Of a DNA stretch of 64,000 nt, positions 19,109 to 27,422 are shown piece after piece. The notes under the pieces were generated by a model. It was not told the origin of the DNA and did not search any database. It saw only the letters and a program-made list of their open reading frames with translations. Position 1 is the first letter of the stretch. Every line of letters starts with the position of its first letter. The stretch lies in IMG/VR virus record IMGVR_UViG_3300017971_000287, one strand, 5' to 3'. The DNA is from a virus. The position numbers and the translations under genes are program-made.

Positions 19109-20013
19109 ACCGTGTCACAATGAGCCAATTCGGTAGGTGGGGACGGGCAGGAAATCAGTTCTTTCAGTACGCATTTCTAACGGAGTATGCACAACAGTAT
19201 GGCGCACAGTTAGAATTACCCGCTTGGGTAGGCACTCATCTGTTTGGTGCTTCCAATCCTTCTATTACAACGAAGCTGCCTGTATGGACAGAGCCAGGCA
19301 GCGGTCTTCAGCATCCTACTCCCCCAGAAGGTGACGAACTGGTTGGTAAAGACTTTCGAGGGTACGCCCAATACCACACAAGCTACTACAAGACACACCA
19401 AGACCAGATACGTTTGTTGTTTGCCCCTGTTCCAAAAGTAGCTGCAAGACTGCGCCCAGCAGAAGAACAATTACAGCAAGCGGGAGAAACAATAATTGGA
19501 ATCCATCTTCGCAGAGGAGACTATGGTAGAGGCATCTTTCCTATCATACCTACCGAATGGTATTTGAACTGGCTCTACAAAAATTGGAGCCGTTTCAAAA
19601 GGCCCGTCCTGTTCATTGCAACAGAGGCACTGTCACTAGTAGAAAAGTTCAGGGAGTTCAATCCTCAGACGGTAGAGACTCTTGGTATTGCTCTTGAAAA
19701 CAAACCGATGGCAGATTGTACGTATCTTTCTTACGATCTCAAAACGAAAGACAGTAGGGCTATGGACTGGTATCCTGACTTTCACTTGCTTTCTCTCTGT
19801 GACATCTTGCTAGGCCCTAGCAGTACGTTTAGCTTCTTTGCGGCTATGTTGAATCCAAGCCTCCAAGAATACTGGCGTGCTTCTCTTGCTATCGCCTATT
19901 GGCAAAGGACAGACCCGTGGGATGCGTACCCTCTAATGCGGGAGCACGTAAATGACTACCCGCACCTATCGTCGGTTAGGTCGTCTCACCGGCAAAATCC
20001 GTATTGGAGATAG
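19105..20013 (+). CDS. GT11-family (alpha-1,2-fucosyltransferase-like) glycosyltransferase
   Basis: GRAGNQFFQYAF, GIHLRRGDY (HxRRGD), FIATE, DFHLLSLCD, STFSFFAAML. Confidence 0.85.
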   Translation: MNRVTMSQFGRWGRAGNQFFQYAFLTEYAQQYGAQLELPAWVGTHLFGASNPSITTKLPVWTEPGSGLQHPTPPEGDELVGKDFRGYAQYHTSYYKTHQDQIRLLFAPVPKVAARLRPAEEQLQQAGETIIGIHLRRGDYGRGIFPIIPTEWYLNWLYKNWSRFKRPVLFIATEALSLVEKFREFNPQTVETLGIALENKPMADCTYLSYDLKTKDSRAMDWYPDFHLLSLCDILLGPSSTFSFFAAMLNPSLQEYWRASLAIAYWQRTDPWDAYPLMREHVNDYPHLSSVRSSHRQNPYWR

Positions 20014-20084
20014 GGGGTTCCTACCCCCTGGAAGGGTAGGATTTCGCTCCTTCCTGCCCGGAAAGGGGGTAGGTCCCTTTTTAC

Positions 20085-20122
20085 CACGCCGTCTAAGGCC
20101 CCTAGCACGCCGTCTAAGGCCC
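20085..20122. repeat. 17-bp direct repeat CACGCCGTCTAAGGCCC x2
   Basis: Copies at 20085-20101 and 20106-20122 in the convergent intergenic region. Confidence 0.85.
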
Positions 20123-20245
20123 TCCGGCGGTCGTTCGGTATCTCCGTATCCTTTTTGTGGCTATCTCGCCCTCTACGCCCCTCTACGCTCTAATTCGGAT
20201 TTTAGAAGTTAGGTAGCTTAGGTAGTCTAGATACCGTAAGCGCAC

Positions 20246-20291
20246 GAAAATAGCCCTACCGGGGGGGTTTAATCCCGGTAGGGCTAGAAAA
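20246..20291 (-). terminator. Rho-independent terminator of the leftward early operon
   Basis: Perfect 13-bp stem TAGCCCTACCGGG (20251-20263) / CCCGGTAGGGCTA (20274-20286) followed by TTTTC on the minus strand. Confidence 0.7.
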
Positions 20292-20329
20292 GGTAGAGGA
20301 GTGGTTGACTGGTAGTATACGGCGGTATA

Positions 20330-20515
20330 CTACGCTTGGATAGCTTTGAGAACCACCTGGTCGTCTATCCCTAGTAACTCTCGACTGCGGGCTGTAGCTA
20401 CTTGTGCATTGACTGCGACAACGATGCCACGGTCAATCCAGCAATGCTTTTCTCTACTCCAAGAAGAGATGATCCATTCTGGCTCTGTCTCTTCTCTCTT
20501 CTTTCTCTTTTTCAT
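20330..20515 (-). CDS. Small hypothetical protein
   Basis: 61 aa from ATG 20515, coupled to the upstream stop. Confidence 0.55.
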   Translation of the reverse strand: MKKRKKREETEPEWIISSWSREKHCWIDRGIVVAVNAQVATARSRELLGIDDQVVLKAIQA

Positions 20516-20517
20516 GG

Positions 20518-20919
20518 TCACTGTCCTGTAATAAAACCAACCTTGCTGAGTGCCTCTAGGGCAGCCCATGAAAACGTCCGCCCTTCTGCTTTTCCATTAG
20601 CACGACGGTATCTGATTCCGTCTTTTGTAATAATAACGGTGCCTTGTAGAGAGTGGTTGTTATAAACCTGTATTCGAGCAGGATGGGTGTCGGGAAACAG
20701 ACTAAGAACAACGCTGGCGGAAGTCTTGTCAGAAACGGCAGACTCTTTCACTGATGTAAACGGTCGGTGGCTTCTTGCAGCCCGACTAGCCGTACTGTTA
20801 GAGATGCCTAGATGTGAAGCAATCTGTTTGAGGGTCCATCCTTTGGCAAGCAACGAGTGTACTTCACTGTATCGCACTCTCTTGTAACTTCTCTTCTTTT
20901 TCTTTACTGTCTTCTTCAT
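20518..20919 (-). CDS. HTH DNA-binding protein with Lys-rich N-terminus
   Basis: GGAG SD before ATG 20919; KKTVKKKKR then GWTLKQIASHLGISNSTASR helix-turn-helix. Confidence 0.7.
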   Translation of the reverse strand: MKKTVKKKKRSYKRVRYSEVHSLLAKGWTLKQIASHLGISNSTASRAARSHRPFTSVKESAVSDKTSASVVLSLFPDTHPARIQVYNNHSLQGTVIITKDGIRYRRANGKAEGRTFSWAALEALSKVGFITGQ

Positions 20920-20984
20920 CCTAACGCTCCTTTGGAAAAAGTTAAAGGGGGGGAAAACAAAACGAAAGTGACTACCACGAACCG

Positions 20985-22553
20985 TTACGCTTTTTTCTTG
21001 GGACCAACGTAAGTGAGAGTGTGCTTTGCCCGCGTAACAGCAACGTAGTACAAATTGTACTCCTGTTCTTTTTGCCACGCTGTTCGGGCCATAGGGTGTG
21101 GAAGCAGAGAGGGGTCCAAGATAAAAACGTTGTCTGCTTCCAATCCTTTGGCTTTGTGAATACTGCTAAGCTTAATGCCGGTTGTCTCTTCGTCCGTGAA
21201 GATTTTATCAATTCGTTTAATGACCTCTTCTGGCGTAGCAGCGTCTTCTATGAAAGCCATGATACAAGAGTGACGATCTTGAAGAGCAATGATCCGATTT
21301 TCGTTTGGAACCGGACGAGTACCTTCACGTGTCGTCTCTAAGGAAAGCCAGGAGTCAAGCTTCTCTTGTAGGTCAGTTATGGAAGCTGGTTTCAGTCGTT
21401 TAATAAGACCGCTGAGACGAGTGCCTATGTCTTGGCCTTGAATGACAGCCTTACGTCCTTCTTTCAGAAACTGAAAGCACTGCGAAACAAGAGGAGCATT
21501 GGTTCTGCAAAGAAGCATATCACCATCTGCTATGGATGTTTTATACGCACGAAAACTGATCGTTTGAACTGCCCCATTAGGGTTGCTCTCATGGGCTTGG
21601 TAGTCAGGAACGAACTGTTGAGCTTCTGCCACAACAGACTTAGCGCACCGATAGGTGATCGTCAACGGTAAAGAGACACAGCCTGCTGGCATTTCTGAGA
21701 GTAAACGGTGCATTCGTGGCATACTTTCACAGTCTGCTCCTGCAAAACCAAAGATGGCCTGCTTTGGATCACCGCAAAGCACAAGACGTTTACCAGCCCG
21801 TAGCATGAGTTCCTGTTGGGCCCGGTTAAGGTCCTGTGCTTCATCCACAAACAACAGGTCATAACAAAACAAGGGAAGGTTCAGAACAACAGGAAGCCAA
21901 ACCATGTCAGCATAATCAAAACGTCCATCCTGTTGTACGTCCTTTGTTCTTTCCAGGACACGAGGCACTAGGTCCAGGATTGTTTCGAGACGATTACCAA
22001 GGTCTACATCATAGTGCGAAGCAAGACTGACTAGACTTGTAGGCCAATCCTTTTCATGTGGGATGTGTCCTGTAAGAGTCATCTTACAAAGATCAACCAA
22101 ACGACACGTTGCGGAAAGCATTTCCCGCTCTTTACTGCGTAGCTGCCAAATGTCTCTATTGAGGAGCTCAGCAATGATCTCTTCAGTACGTTTGCCGTTG
22201 ACAATATTCCGCCCTTTGAGACCAAAGTGTTTAGTGATAGCTTTGAATCCCATTGAGTGAGCGGTCATTGTAGTGCAGCCGGGTGGAACCCGTTTTTGTA
22301 ATTCTGTTTGAATCGCTTTACTGAAAGCGACACAACAAACAGAGCGAGGATTCTTGGATAGTGCGATAGCATCCCAAATAGCCCTCTGTTGAGAACTGGG
22401 ACTGATTGAAGAAGAGAAGCCCATTAGATTTTTGACTCCCTCAACAATAGTAGTTGTCTTACCCGTTCCAGCAAGAGCAAAAATCATTAGGTGAGGGGCC
22501 GTCTTTTTGGTCTTTCGTTTTCTTTGTCGTGTAATGGATTGACTTAGACTCAT
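20985..22553 (-). CDS. Superfamily 1 (UvrD/Rep-like) DNA helicase
   Basis: ALAGTGKTT, LFVDEAQD, CGDPKQAIFGF, TYRC, SIHKAKGLE, YVAVTRAK. Confidence 0.92.
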   Translation of the reverse strand: MSLSQSITRQRKRKTKKTAPHLMIFALAGTGKTTTIVEGVKNLMGFSSSISPSSQQRAIWDAIALSKNPRSVCCVAFSKAIQTELQKRVPPGCTTMTAHSMGFKAITKHFGLKGRNIVNGKRTEEIIAELLNRDIWQLRSKEREMLSATCRLVDLCKMTLTGHIPHEKDWPTSLVSLASHYDVDLGNRLETILDLVPRVLERTKDVQQDGRFDYADMVWLPVVLNLPLFCYDLLFVDEAQDLNRAQQELMLRAGKRLVLCGDPKQAIFGFAGADCESMPRMHRLLSEMPAGCVSLPLTITYRCAKSVVAEAQQFVPDYQAHESNPNGAVQTISFRAYKTSIADGDMLLCRTNAPLVSQCFQFLKEGRKAVIQGQDIGTRLSGLIKRLKPASITDLQEKLDSWLSLETTREGTRPVPNENRIIALQDRHSCIMAFIEDAATPEEVIKRIDKIFTDEETTGIKLSSIHKAKGLEADNVFILDPSLLPHPMARTAWQKEQEYNLYYVAVTRAKHTLTYVGPKKKA

Positions 22554-22640
22554 GGCTGAGTTCCTTTTGTTATTGGCGCAGTAAATACAAATACGACGAG
22601 GGCCATAAGGGCCAACAGAATCAGAATCAGTAGACTTCTT

Positions 22641-22877
22641 TCAACGAGTCATTCGGTGAAAGAGAAGTATAACAAGCCCTACAAGAGCCATGGGAAGTAC
22701 CACTTTATACCACGACACTTCTGTGAAGTAGATTAAGTAACCAAACCCTGCTCCAAGTATTCCTCCCAGTATAGTAAAGCTAATAACCGTGCCAAGGACA
22801 TCGAGATCATGCGGGCTGAGTCTCTGTCTCTTATGACGGTCTTTCTCGTTAGTCTGTTTCATCGTTTTATTCTCCAT
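22641..22877 (-). CDS. Small membrane protein (2 TM)
   Basis: Two hydrophobic segments in 78 aa; overlaps the upstream stop. Confidence 0.6.
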   Translation of the reverse strand: MENKTMKQTNEKDRHKRQRLSPHDLDVLGTVISFTILGGILGAGFGYLIYFTEVSWYKVVLPMALVGLVILLFHRMTR

Positions 22878-23449
22878 ATCAGAAGGCCACCGACGATCAG
22901 CATCATGAGCGTGCTTGGCTCAGGTACTACGGTCATCACGGTTACGTTGTCGATACCCCATCGAGCACTACCTCCATTAAAGTCAAGACGATACCATTCT
23001 TCGTGCCCTGAGAGTTGCGTAGACATACGATACACGCGGTCACCTTCAGAGTAGCCTAACGTGTTTCGCTCGACTAGCTTTCCTGAACCGATAGCATCGA
23101 GTAGGTGATTACCAAGAAACACTTGAGTTCGGTCATTGCTAGGGGTGTACTGCGACATGGTCCAGGCCTGCCCTTTCGGCCAAGAACCGATAGCGTACAC
23201 GTCCCAGGAGATTAGGACGTAGTGCCAATAGTCGGGCATCTGAATTGTGAGAGATGTTTGCCCTAGTGGTCCCAAGAACTTTTCGCCCTTTGGAGCAGTA
23301 GTGATCTTGTTGCTAGACCACTGTAATCGTTTGCCTTGTTGGAAGTTGTCGGTGATCGTTTCTCCTTTGCTGAGGCTGCTAAGAAAAACGAACACAAGGA
23401 ATCCTACAAGAGTACTCAAGACGATCCAGTGTATGGTGTTACGGTTCAT
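22859..23449 (-). CDS. Secreted PEP-CTERM-sorted surface protein
   Basis: N-terminal hydrophobic signal segment; C-terminus VVPEPSTLMMLIVGGLLIWRIKR = PEP motif + TM + basic tail. Confidence 0.85.
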   Translation of the reverse strand: MNRNTIHWIVLSTLVGFLVFVFLSSLSKGETITDNFQQGKRLQWSSNKITTAPKGEKFLGPLGQTSLTIQMPDYWHYVLISWDVYAIGSWPKGQAWTMSQYTPSNDRTQVFLGNHLLDAIGSGKLVERNTLGYSEGDRVYRMSTQLSGHEEWYRLDFNGGSARWGIDNVTVMTVVPEPSTLMMLIVGGLLIWRIKR

Positions 23450-23630
23450 GACTCAATCCTTTCTTGTTTTGGTTACGATTGCGTTGTTGGATTTGGAAAA
23501 AATGAGTGCCGGTTTGCTTTGCCTGGATACGGCACTCTTTTTCGGACATATTTTTCCAGGGTTGCATGGCTAAGGCAGGGGCATTCGCTGGACGAAAGTA
23601 GTAGTGTAGTTGTTCTACTTCAGATAACAT
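23439..23630 (-). CDS. Small hypothetical protein
   Basis: ATG 23630 after AAAGGA; stop overlaps the next start. Confidence 0.5.
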   Translation of the reverse strand: MLSEVEQLHYYFRPANAPALAMQPWKNMSEKECRIQAKQTGTHFFQIQQRNRNQNKKGLSHEP

Positions 23631-23667
23631 GTGACGTTTCCTTTTGACTGTGTAGAGTTGAAAAAGG

Positions 23668-23871
23668 TTATTTCCAAACATAGCCTTGGCCCCGTGGCCA
23701 TCCACCCCTTTGTTTTTTGTTAGCGTAACGCAGTACTTCACAAAGAGGGATGTTGTACATAAAACCTCCTGGAATCTTTTTCATTGTGGCTTTGAGTTTT
23801 TTGGAACGCACAAGGTGTCTCACATGGCTGGGAGAACACCCAATCTGTTTAGCTGCTTGTTTTGGAGTCAT
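23668..23871 (-). CDS. Excisionase/MerR-like HTH (HTH_17) protein
   Basis: MTPKQAAKQIGCSPSHVRHLVRSKKLKA pattern. Confidence 0.8.
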   Translation of the reverse strand: MTPKQAAKQIGCSPSHVRHLVRSKKLKATMKKIPGGFMYNIPLCEVLRYANKKQRGGWPRGQGYVWK

Positions 23872-23893
23872 AGTATCCTCTCTTGGGGTTGGG

Positions 23894-24145
23894 TTAGTTT
23901 TTGTCTGTTAGTGTCTTAACAAAATCTTTTTTGCCGTAATAGTATCCTGTTTTGTAGACAACCCTCATGCAAGCCATCAGAACGTCTGTTGGAGGGTCCA
24001 AGGTAAGAACACCAGAACAAATCCAGGCTAGTTTGTCAGGAAACGGTGGGTCTAGTCCGTTGGATTCTACTTCTTTTTCCAATTCTCGGATCAGAGACAC
24101 TAAGCTACACATCTTCATGCTTTGTATCCTTTTTGATTGAGACAA
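23894..24145 (-). CDS. Hypothetical protein
   Basis: 83-aa ORF in a densely packed leftward operon; start uncertain. Confidence 0.45.
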   Translation of the reverse strand: MSQSKRIQSMKMCSLVSLIRELEKEVESNGLDPPFPDKLAWICSGVLTLDPPTDVLMACMRVVYKTGYYYGKKDFVKTLTDKN

Positions 24146-24311
24146 TTCTACTGACTAGCATATCGTTAAACCACGCCCCTTCTAGAGCGGCACGCCGGGC
24201 CATCAGTTCAGAAGTGGCTGTGATATGAATCTTAACAACTCCTTCTGGTCCCTCTTGGTCGTTGGGCCGCACTAACACTTCCATATGAAAAACATCTTTG
24301 TAGCGAGACAT
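24105..24311 (-). CDS. Hypothetical protein
   Basis: GGAG SD before ATG 24311. Confidence 0.6.
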   Translation of the reverse strand: MSRYKDVFHMEVLVRPNDQEGPEGVVKIHITATSELMARRAALEGAWFNDMLVSRIVSIKKDTKHEDV

Positions 24312-24350
24312 TTTTGACGCTCCCTTGTTTGAGACAGAGTAACACTTGCT

Positions 24351-24686
24351 TTACGTCTTGTCTTTTTTGTCAGAGAATAGGAATGGAAACTGCGAATGAA
24401 CGGCTAAAGTAACAACCCACTGCTCACCGCTGTCAATTGTGATGACGTGGGCAGGAACCGCATCCAATTTGTACTTGTCCCGATAATAGCGGGCCAGGTT
24501 GTGGAACCTGTCAACTTGCAGACTCTGTTGGACAATCCAAAAGTTTGCAAAGTTGTTTTTGGAAGGCACAATCACCAGAAATGTTTTGGCATCTGGTGGT
24601 GTTGAGATATGTTGGCCTGGTTTGTATTCGCAGAACCCTCTGTAATGTTTTACTCGCCTGGGAATTTCAAAAGTGTAAGACAACAC
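24351..24686 (-). CDS. Hypothetical protein
   Basis: Likely GTG start at 24686 after AAGGA, within ORF 24351..24872. Confidence 0.5.
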   Translation of the reverse strand: MLSYTFEIPRRVKHYRGFCEYKPGQHISTPPDAKTFLVIVPSKNNFANFWIVQQSLQVDRFHNLARYYRDKYKLDAVPAHVITIDSGEQWVVTLAVHSQFPFLFSDKKDKT

Positions 24687-24721
24687 GATAGTGATCCTTG
24701 TAATTTTGTAATTGAAAGGGG

Positions 24722-24907
24722 TTACAGGCCTAAGCCACGACGAACAGCAAGGGCTGCGATGTACCAAACAGTGTACCAAGCACTCAAGATACCAGCGAGT
24801 ACAAAGCATGCGTAAAGAAGCACGGCAAAAATGGGCAAAGGTGCTTTTTCTGGTTCTGGTTTGAACATACAAGGCTCCTGTAAAGACAGTCGGTTATGGG
24901 TTATCAC
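24722..24907 (-). CDS. Small single-TM protein
   Basis: GGAG SD; hydrophobic stretch LPIFAVLLYACFVLAGILSAWY. Confidence 0.5.
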   Translation of the reverse strand: MITHNRLSLQEPCMFKPEPEKAPLPIFAVLLYACFVLAGILSAWYTVWYIAALAVRRGLGL

Positions 24908-24975
24908 AATCTTGCTCCTTCCTCTTGTACGAAAAAAAGGGGGGGTTGCCCCTGAAAAACGTTTCTTGTAGCATG

Positions 24976-25812
24976 CTACCGTTCGTCACGTTCATGAAGC
25001 TTTTGTAGTTCATCTCGCACAACATTGAATGCCCCGTCAAACGTGTAGACTCCAGCAGAAAAAACACGTAGCTCATCGGGAGTTATGTGATCTAAGTCTG
25101 TAGCGTTACTAAGGTAGACTGGCCCTAGACCTAGTGCTGGTTTTTCACCCTGGTCTCTACAGATAGTGCGAAGTAGACAAAAGGTGAAAGTGCGGTAGAA
25201 CCAACCTGCTACCGTGTTAATCAGCGTAGAAACGTCAAGAGGGTCACTGCATCTTTTCAGACAGCAAGCAGTCATAACTGGGGTCCTGTTTCTTTGGTAA
25301 AGCCTAGTGCCGTTTGTAACCCATATCTCGGTGACGTATCCTTTCTCTTCAAGAATCTTGGCGAGAGCAAGAGCGGCAGCACCCCGCCAGAGGATGTCAT
25401 GACTGCTTCGGTATGCTTCGGTAGAAGTGTCAATCACGATAGTGACTTCAGTGGGCCCTTCTGTGACTTCTCTTTCCACGGTTCGCCAGTAGGGTTGACC
25501 AGCCCGCAGCCGGTCATAGTCGATTTCATCACCTTGGTCTTCAGAGAACCGCACTTGGCGTTTGTGCGATTTTAGTTCGGGCAACCGCTCTTTCAAGAGA
25601 CGGTCTGTGTATTGTTGAAGGACACACATGCCTTCTGCCCAATCTCGTTTGGAACGTTTCTCAGCAGACTTAAATGTTGGAAGCCGCTCACCGACAAATC
25701 CCGCTGATTTGGTGTCTACGGAATAGAATCGTTGATCGGAATACTCGATGACTTCCGTCATTGAGTCGAACAAGAAAATCTCATGGTCCTCATTGGTCGT
25801 AATGTGTCTCAT
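24976..25812 (-). CDS. vWA-like partner of a MoxR-type AAA+ ATPase (CobT-like)
   Basis: GDEIDYDRL..GQPYW, VTIVIDTS (MIDAS-like), RGAAALALAKILEEKGY; directly downstream of the ATPase. Confidence 0.65.
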   Translation of the reverse strand: MRHITTNEDHEIFLFDSMTEVIEYSDQRFYSVDTKSAGFVGERLPTFKSAEKRSKRDWAEGMCVLQQYTDRLLKERLPELKSHKRQVRFSEDQGDEIDYDRLRAGQPYWRTVEREVTEGPTEVTIVIDTSTEAYRSSHDILWRGAAALALAKILEEKGYVTEIWVTNGTRLYQRNRTPVMTACCLKRCSDPLDVSTLINTVAGWFYRTFTFCLLRTICRDQGEKPALGLGPVYLSNATDLDHITPDELRVFSAGVYTFDGAFNVVRDELQKLHERDER

Positions 25813-25828
25813 GATTGTGACCTTTCGG

Positions 25829-27076
25829 TTAGGGAGTATAGCTTTTGACTTTGTTTACTTCATCTTCACGCCAGCCCATGAACAACGCTTCTTCTACCTC
25901 TTCCATGGTAAAGGGTTCATGGTCTCTCCCATAGTCTTTTGGGTAGAGCATCTCATGAGCGTCACGCATGAACCGAGTGCTGATTGCTCTTTCAAGACGG
26001 TGTGCATCCACGGCCTTGCGATAACGTAAAAGTAGAGCACGCAATTCGTCGTCAGGACAGAGGATAGTTTCTACCCGTTCATCATAGTCCATGGCTACTT
26101 TGCCGATATGGAATCGGTCAAGACTTGCGGCATCCAGTTTGTTACGACCGCTGTAAAGACGGTCAGCCCCAGTACCTACCGTGTTGGCGGCAGCGGTGCA
26201 AACAAAATCCGCATGACGTTTGGCGTAAGGTTTCTTAGGACGGTTTGACACAGCCACTTGCCCATTAGCCAAGGCCGCATTTATGAAAAGCAGCACGTTA
26301 CTGTCTGCGGCATCAATCTCATCCAGAAGGAACACGCCACCGTTTTCATAACACTTTATGAACTCACTAACCCCGTAGTTGAATTGTCCGTTCCTTCCGG
26401 TAGGCAACAGACGACCGCCCAATACACCCTCTGACATTCCGCTGGTGCAAGAGACAAACGCAAAAGGCAGACCCAAAGCAGTGGCTACTTGTTCACACAG
26501 ATGAGACTTACCGCAGCCAGTGGGACCGTACACGAATATGTTTTTGCGGGCCTGAGCAAGTTTCAAAACACGGCGGAACTGAGCGTGGAAAAGGTCCTTC
26601 ATGACCTTTGCTTTTTTGGTTCCAGGTTTCTTGATTCGCACTTCCACAACGTTCATAGAGGCTTTCTTGACTTCTTCGCGTGCTTTGTCACGTTCCTTCT
26701 CAGCTGTCTCTGCTTGCTTTTTAGAGACACCGATCTGGTGTTGAAGTTCAGCGACAGACGCCTTCATTCTTTCTATTTGCAGTCGCCACTGCTCTTGGGT
26801 TCGGTTGTGAGTCCTTTCATCTGACCCATCTTGCTGGTCTCGGGAGGTCTTATGACCAAACCGGCCCGGTTCTCCACGAAGCCTGCCTACGCCACAAATC
26901 AGACCCACTTCATGCATCGTGAGAATAATGGTAGCGATTCTACTCGTATTACTAGTGGAGATATAACGTCTCACTTCTTCTATCAACCGGAGTTTGGTCC
27001 AGTAACGGTTTGGTTTCTCAGCAAGAATCCGAAGCACAGTTAGTACTACAGCACTGTAATCAAACTTTCTAGCCAT
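25829..27076 (-). CDS. MoxR/CbbQ/CobS-like AAA+ ATPase with N-terminal wHTH-like and coiled-coil regions
   Basis: YGPTGCGKS (Walker A), FLLDEIDAAD (Walker B), AAANTVGTG, LDAASLDRF. Confidence 0.88.
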   Translation of the reverse strand: MARKFDYSAVVLTVLRILAEKPNRYWTKLRLIEEVRRYISTSNTSRIATIILTMHEVGLICGVGRLRGEPGRFGHKTSRDQQDGSDERTHNRTQEQWRLQIERMKASVAELQHQIGVSKKQAETAEKERDKAREEVKKASMNVVEVRIKKPGTKKAKVMKDLFHAQFRRVLKLAQARKNIFVYGPTGCGKSHLCEQVATALGLPFAFVSCTSGMSEGVLGGRLLPTGRNGQFNYGVSEFIKCYENGGVFLLDEIDAADSNVLLFINAALANGQVAVSNRPKKPYAKRHADFVCTAAANTVGTGADRLYSGRNKLDAASLDRFHIGKVAMDYDERVETILCPDDELRALLLRYRKAVDAHRLERAISTRFMRDAHEMLYPKDYGRDHEPFTMEEVEEALFMGWREDEVNKVKSYTP

Positions 27077-27146
27077 GATTAGCTCCTTGTTAAGATTGAG
27101 GGTAACAAAAAAGTCTGCCCCCTAATTGCCCCTAAGCATCAAAAGA

Positions 27147-27422
27147 CTATTCATAATCTGTGTCTTCCTCTTCATCATCCTCTTCATCATAGGGATCATC
27201 CTCTTCATCATAGGGATCAAACGGTTCGCCCTCTTCGTCCATCCATTCAGTGAGGGCGTCGCCATTGTCCCACTCTTTTATCATGGTACACCCACAATCA
27301 CACTCCCAAGTAAGTACGATACCACTATCTGTGATGTCTATTTCATCGGGGCTTCCAAGAGAGGCATCGCAACGAGGACAAGCACTAGACAAAACCGCTT
27401 CCGTTAGGTAAGTACCACTCAT
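27147..27422 (-). CDS. Small Zn-ribbon protein with highly acidic C-terminus
   Basis: CPRC...CDCGC then DPYDEEDDPYDEEDDEEEDTDYE (21-bp tandem duplication in the DNA); start ATG 27422. Confidence 0.65.
   Translation of the reverse strand: MSGTYLTEAVLSSACPRCDASLGSPDEIDITDSGIVLTWECDCGCTMIKEWDNGDALTEWMDEEGEPFDPYDEEDDPYDEEDDEEEDTDYE

Noticed and set aside
8758-20013. GtrABC-type serotype conversion or a host O-antigen locus
   Set aside because: No flippase, bactoprenol GT, Wzx/Wzy or multi-TM proteins; genes are coupled to tail genes. Host-surface action is not fully excluded
19952-20212. 86-aa Arg/Pro-rich ORF
   Set aside because: Translation of the repeat/hairpin intergenic region; no SD, overlaps the GT11 3' end
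23668-23871. Excisionase implying a temperate lifestyle
   Set aside because: HTH_17 proteins are common regulators; no integrase, att site or CI-like repressor recognised
24976-27076. Cobalamin biosynthesis auxiliary metabolic genes (cobS/cobT)
   Set aside because: Generic MoxR-vWA pair; no other cob genes
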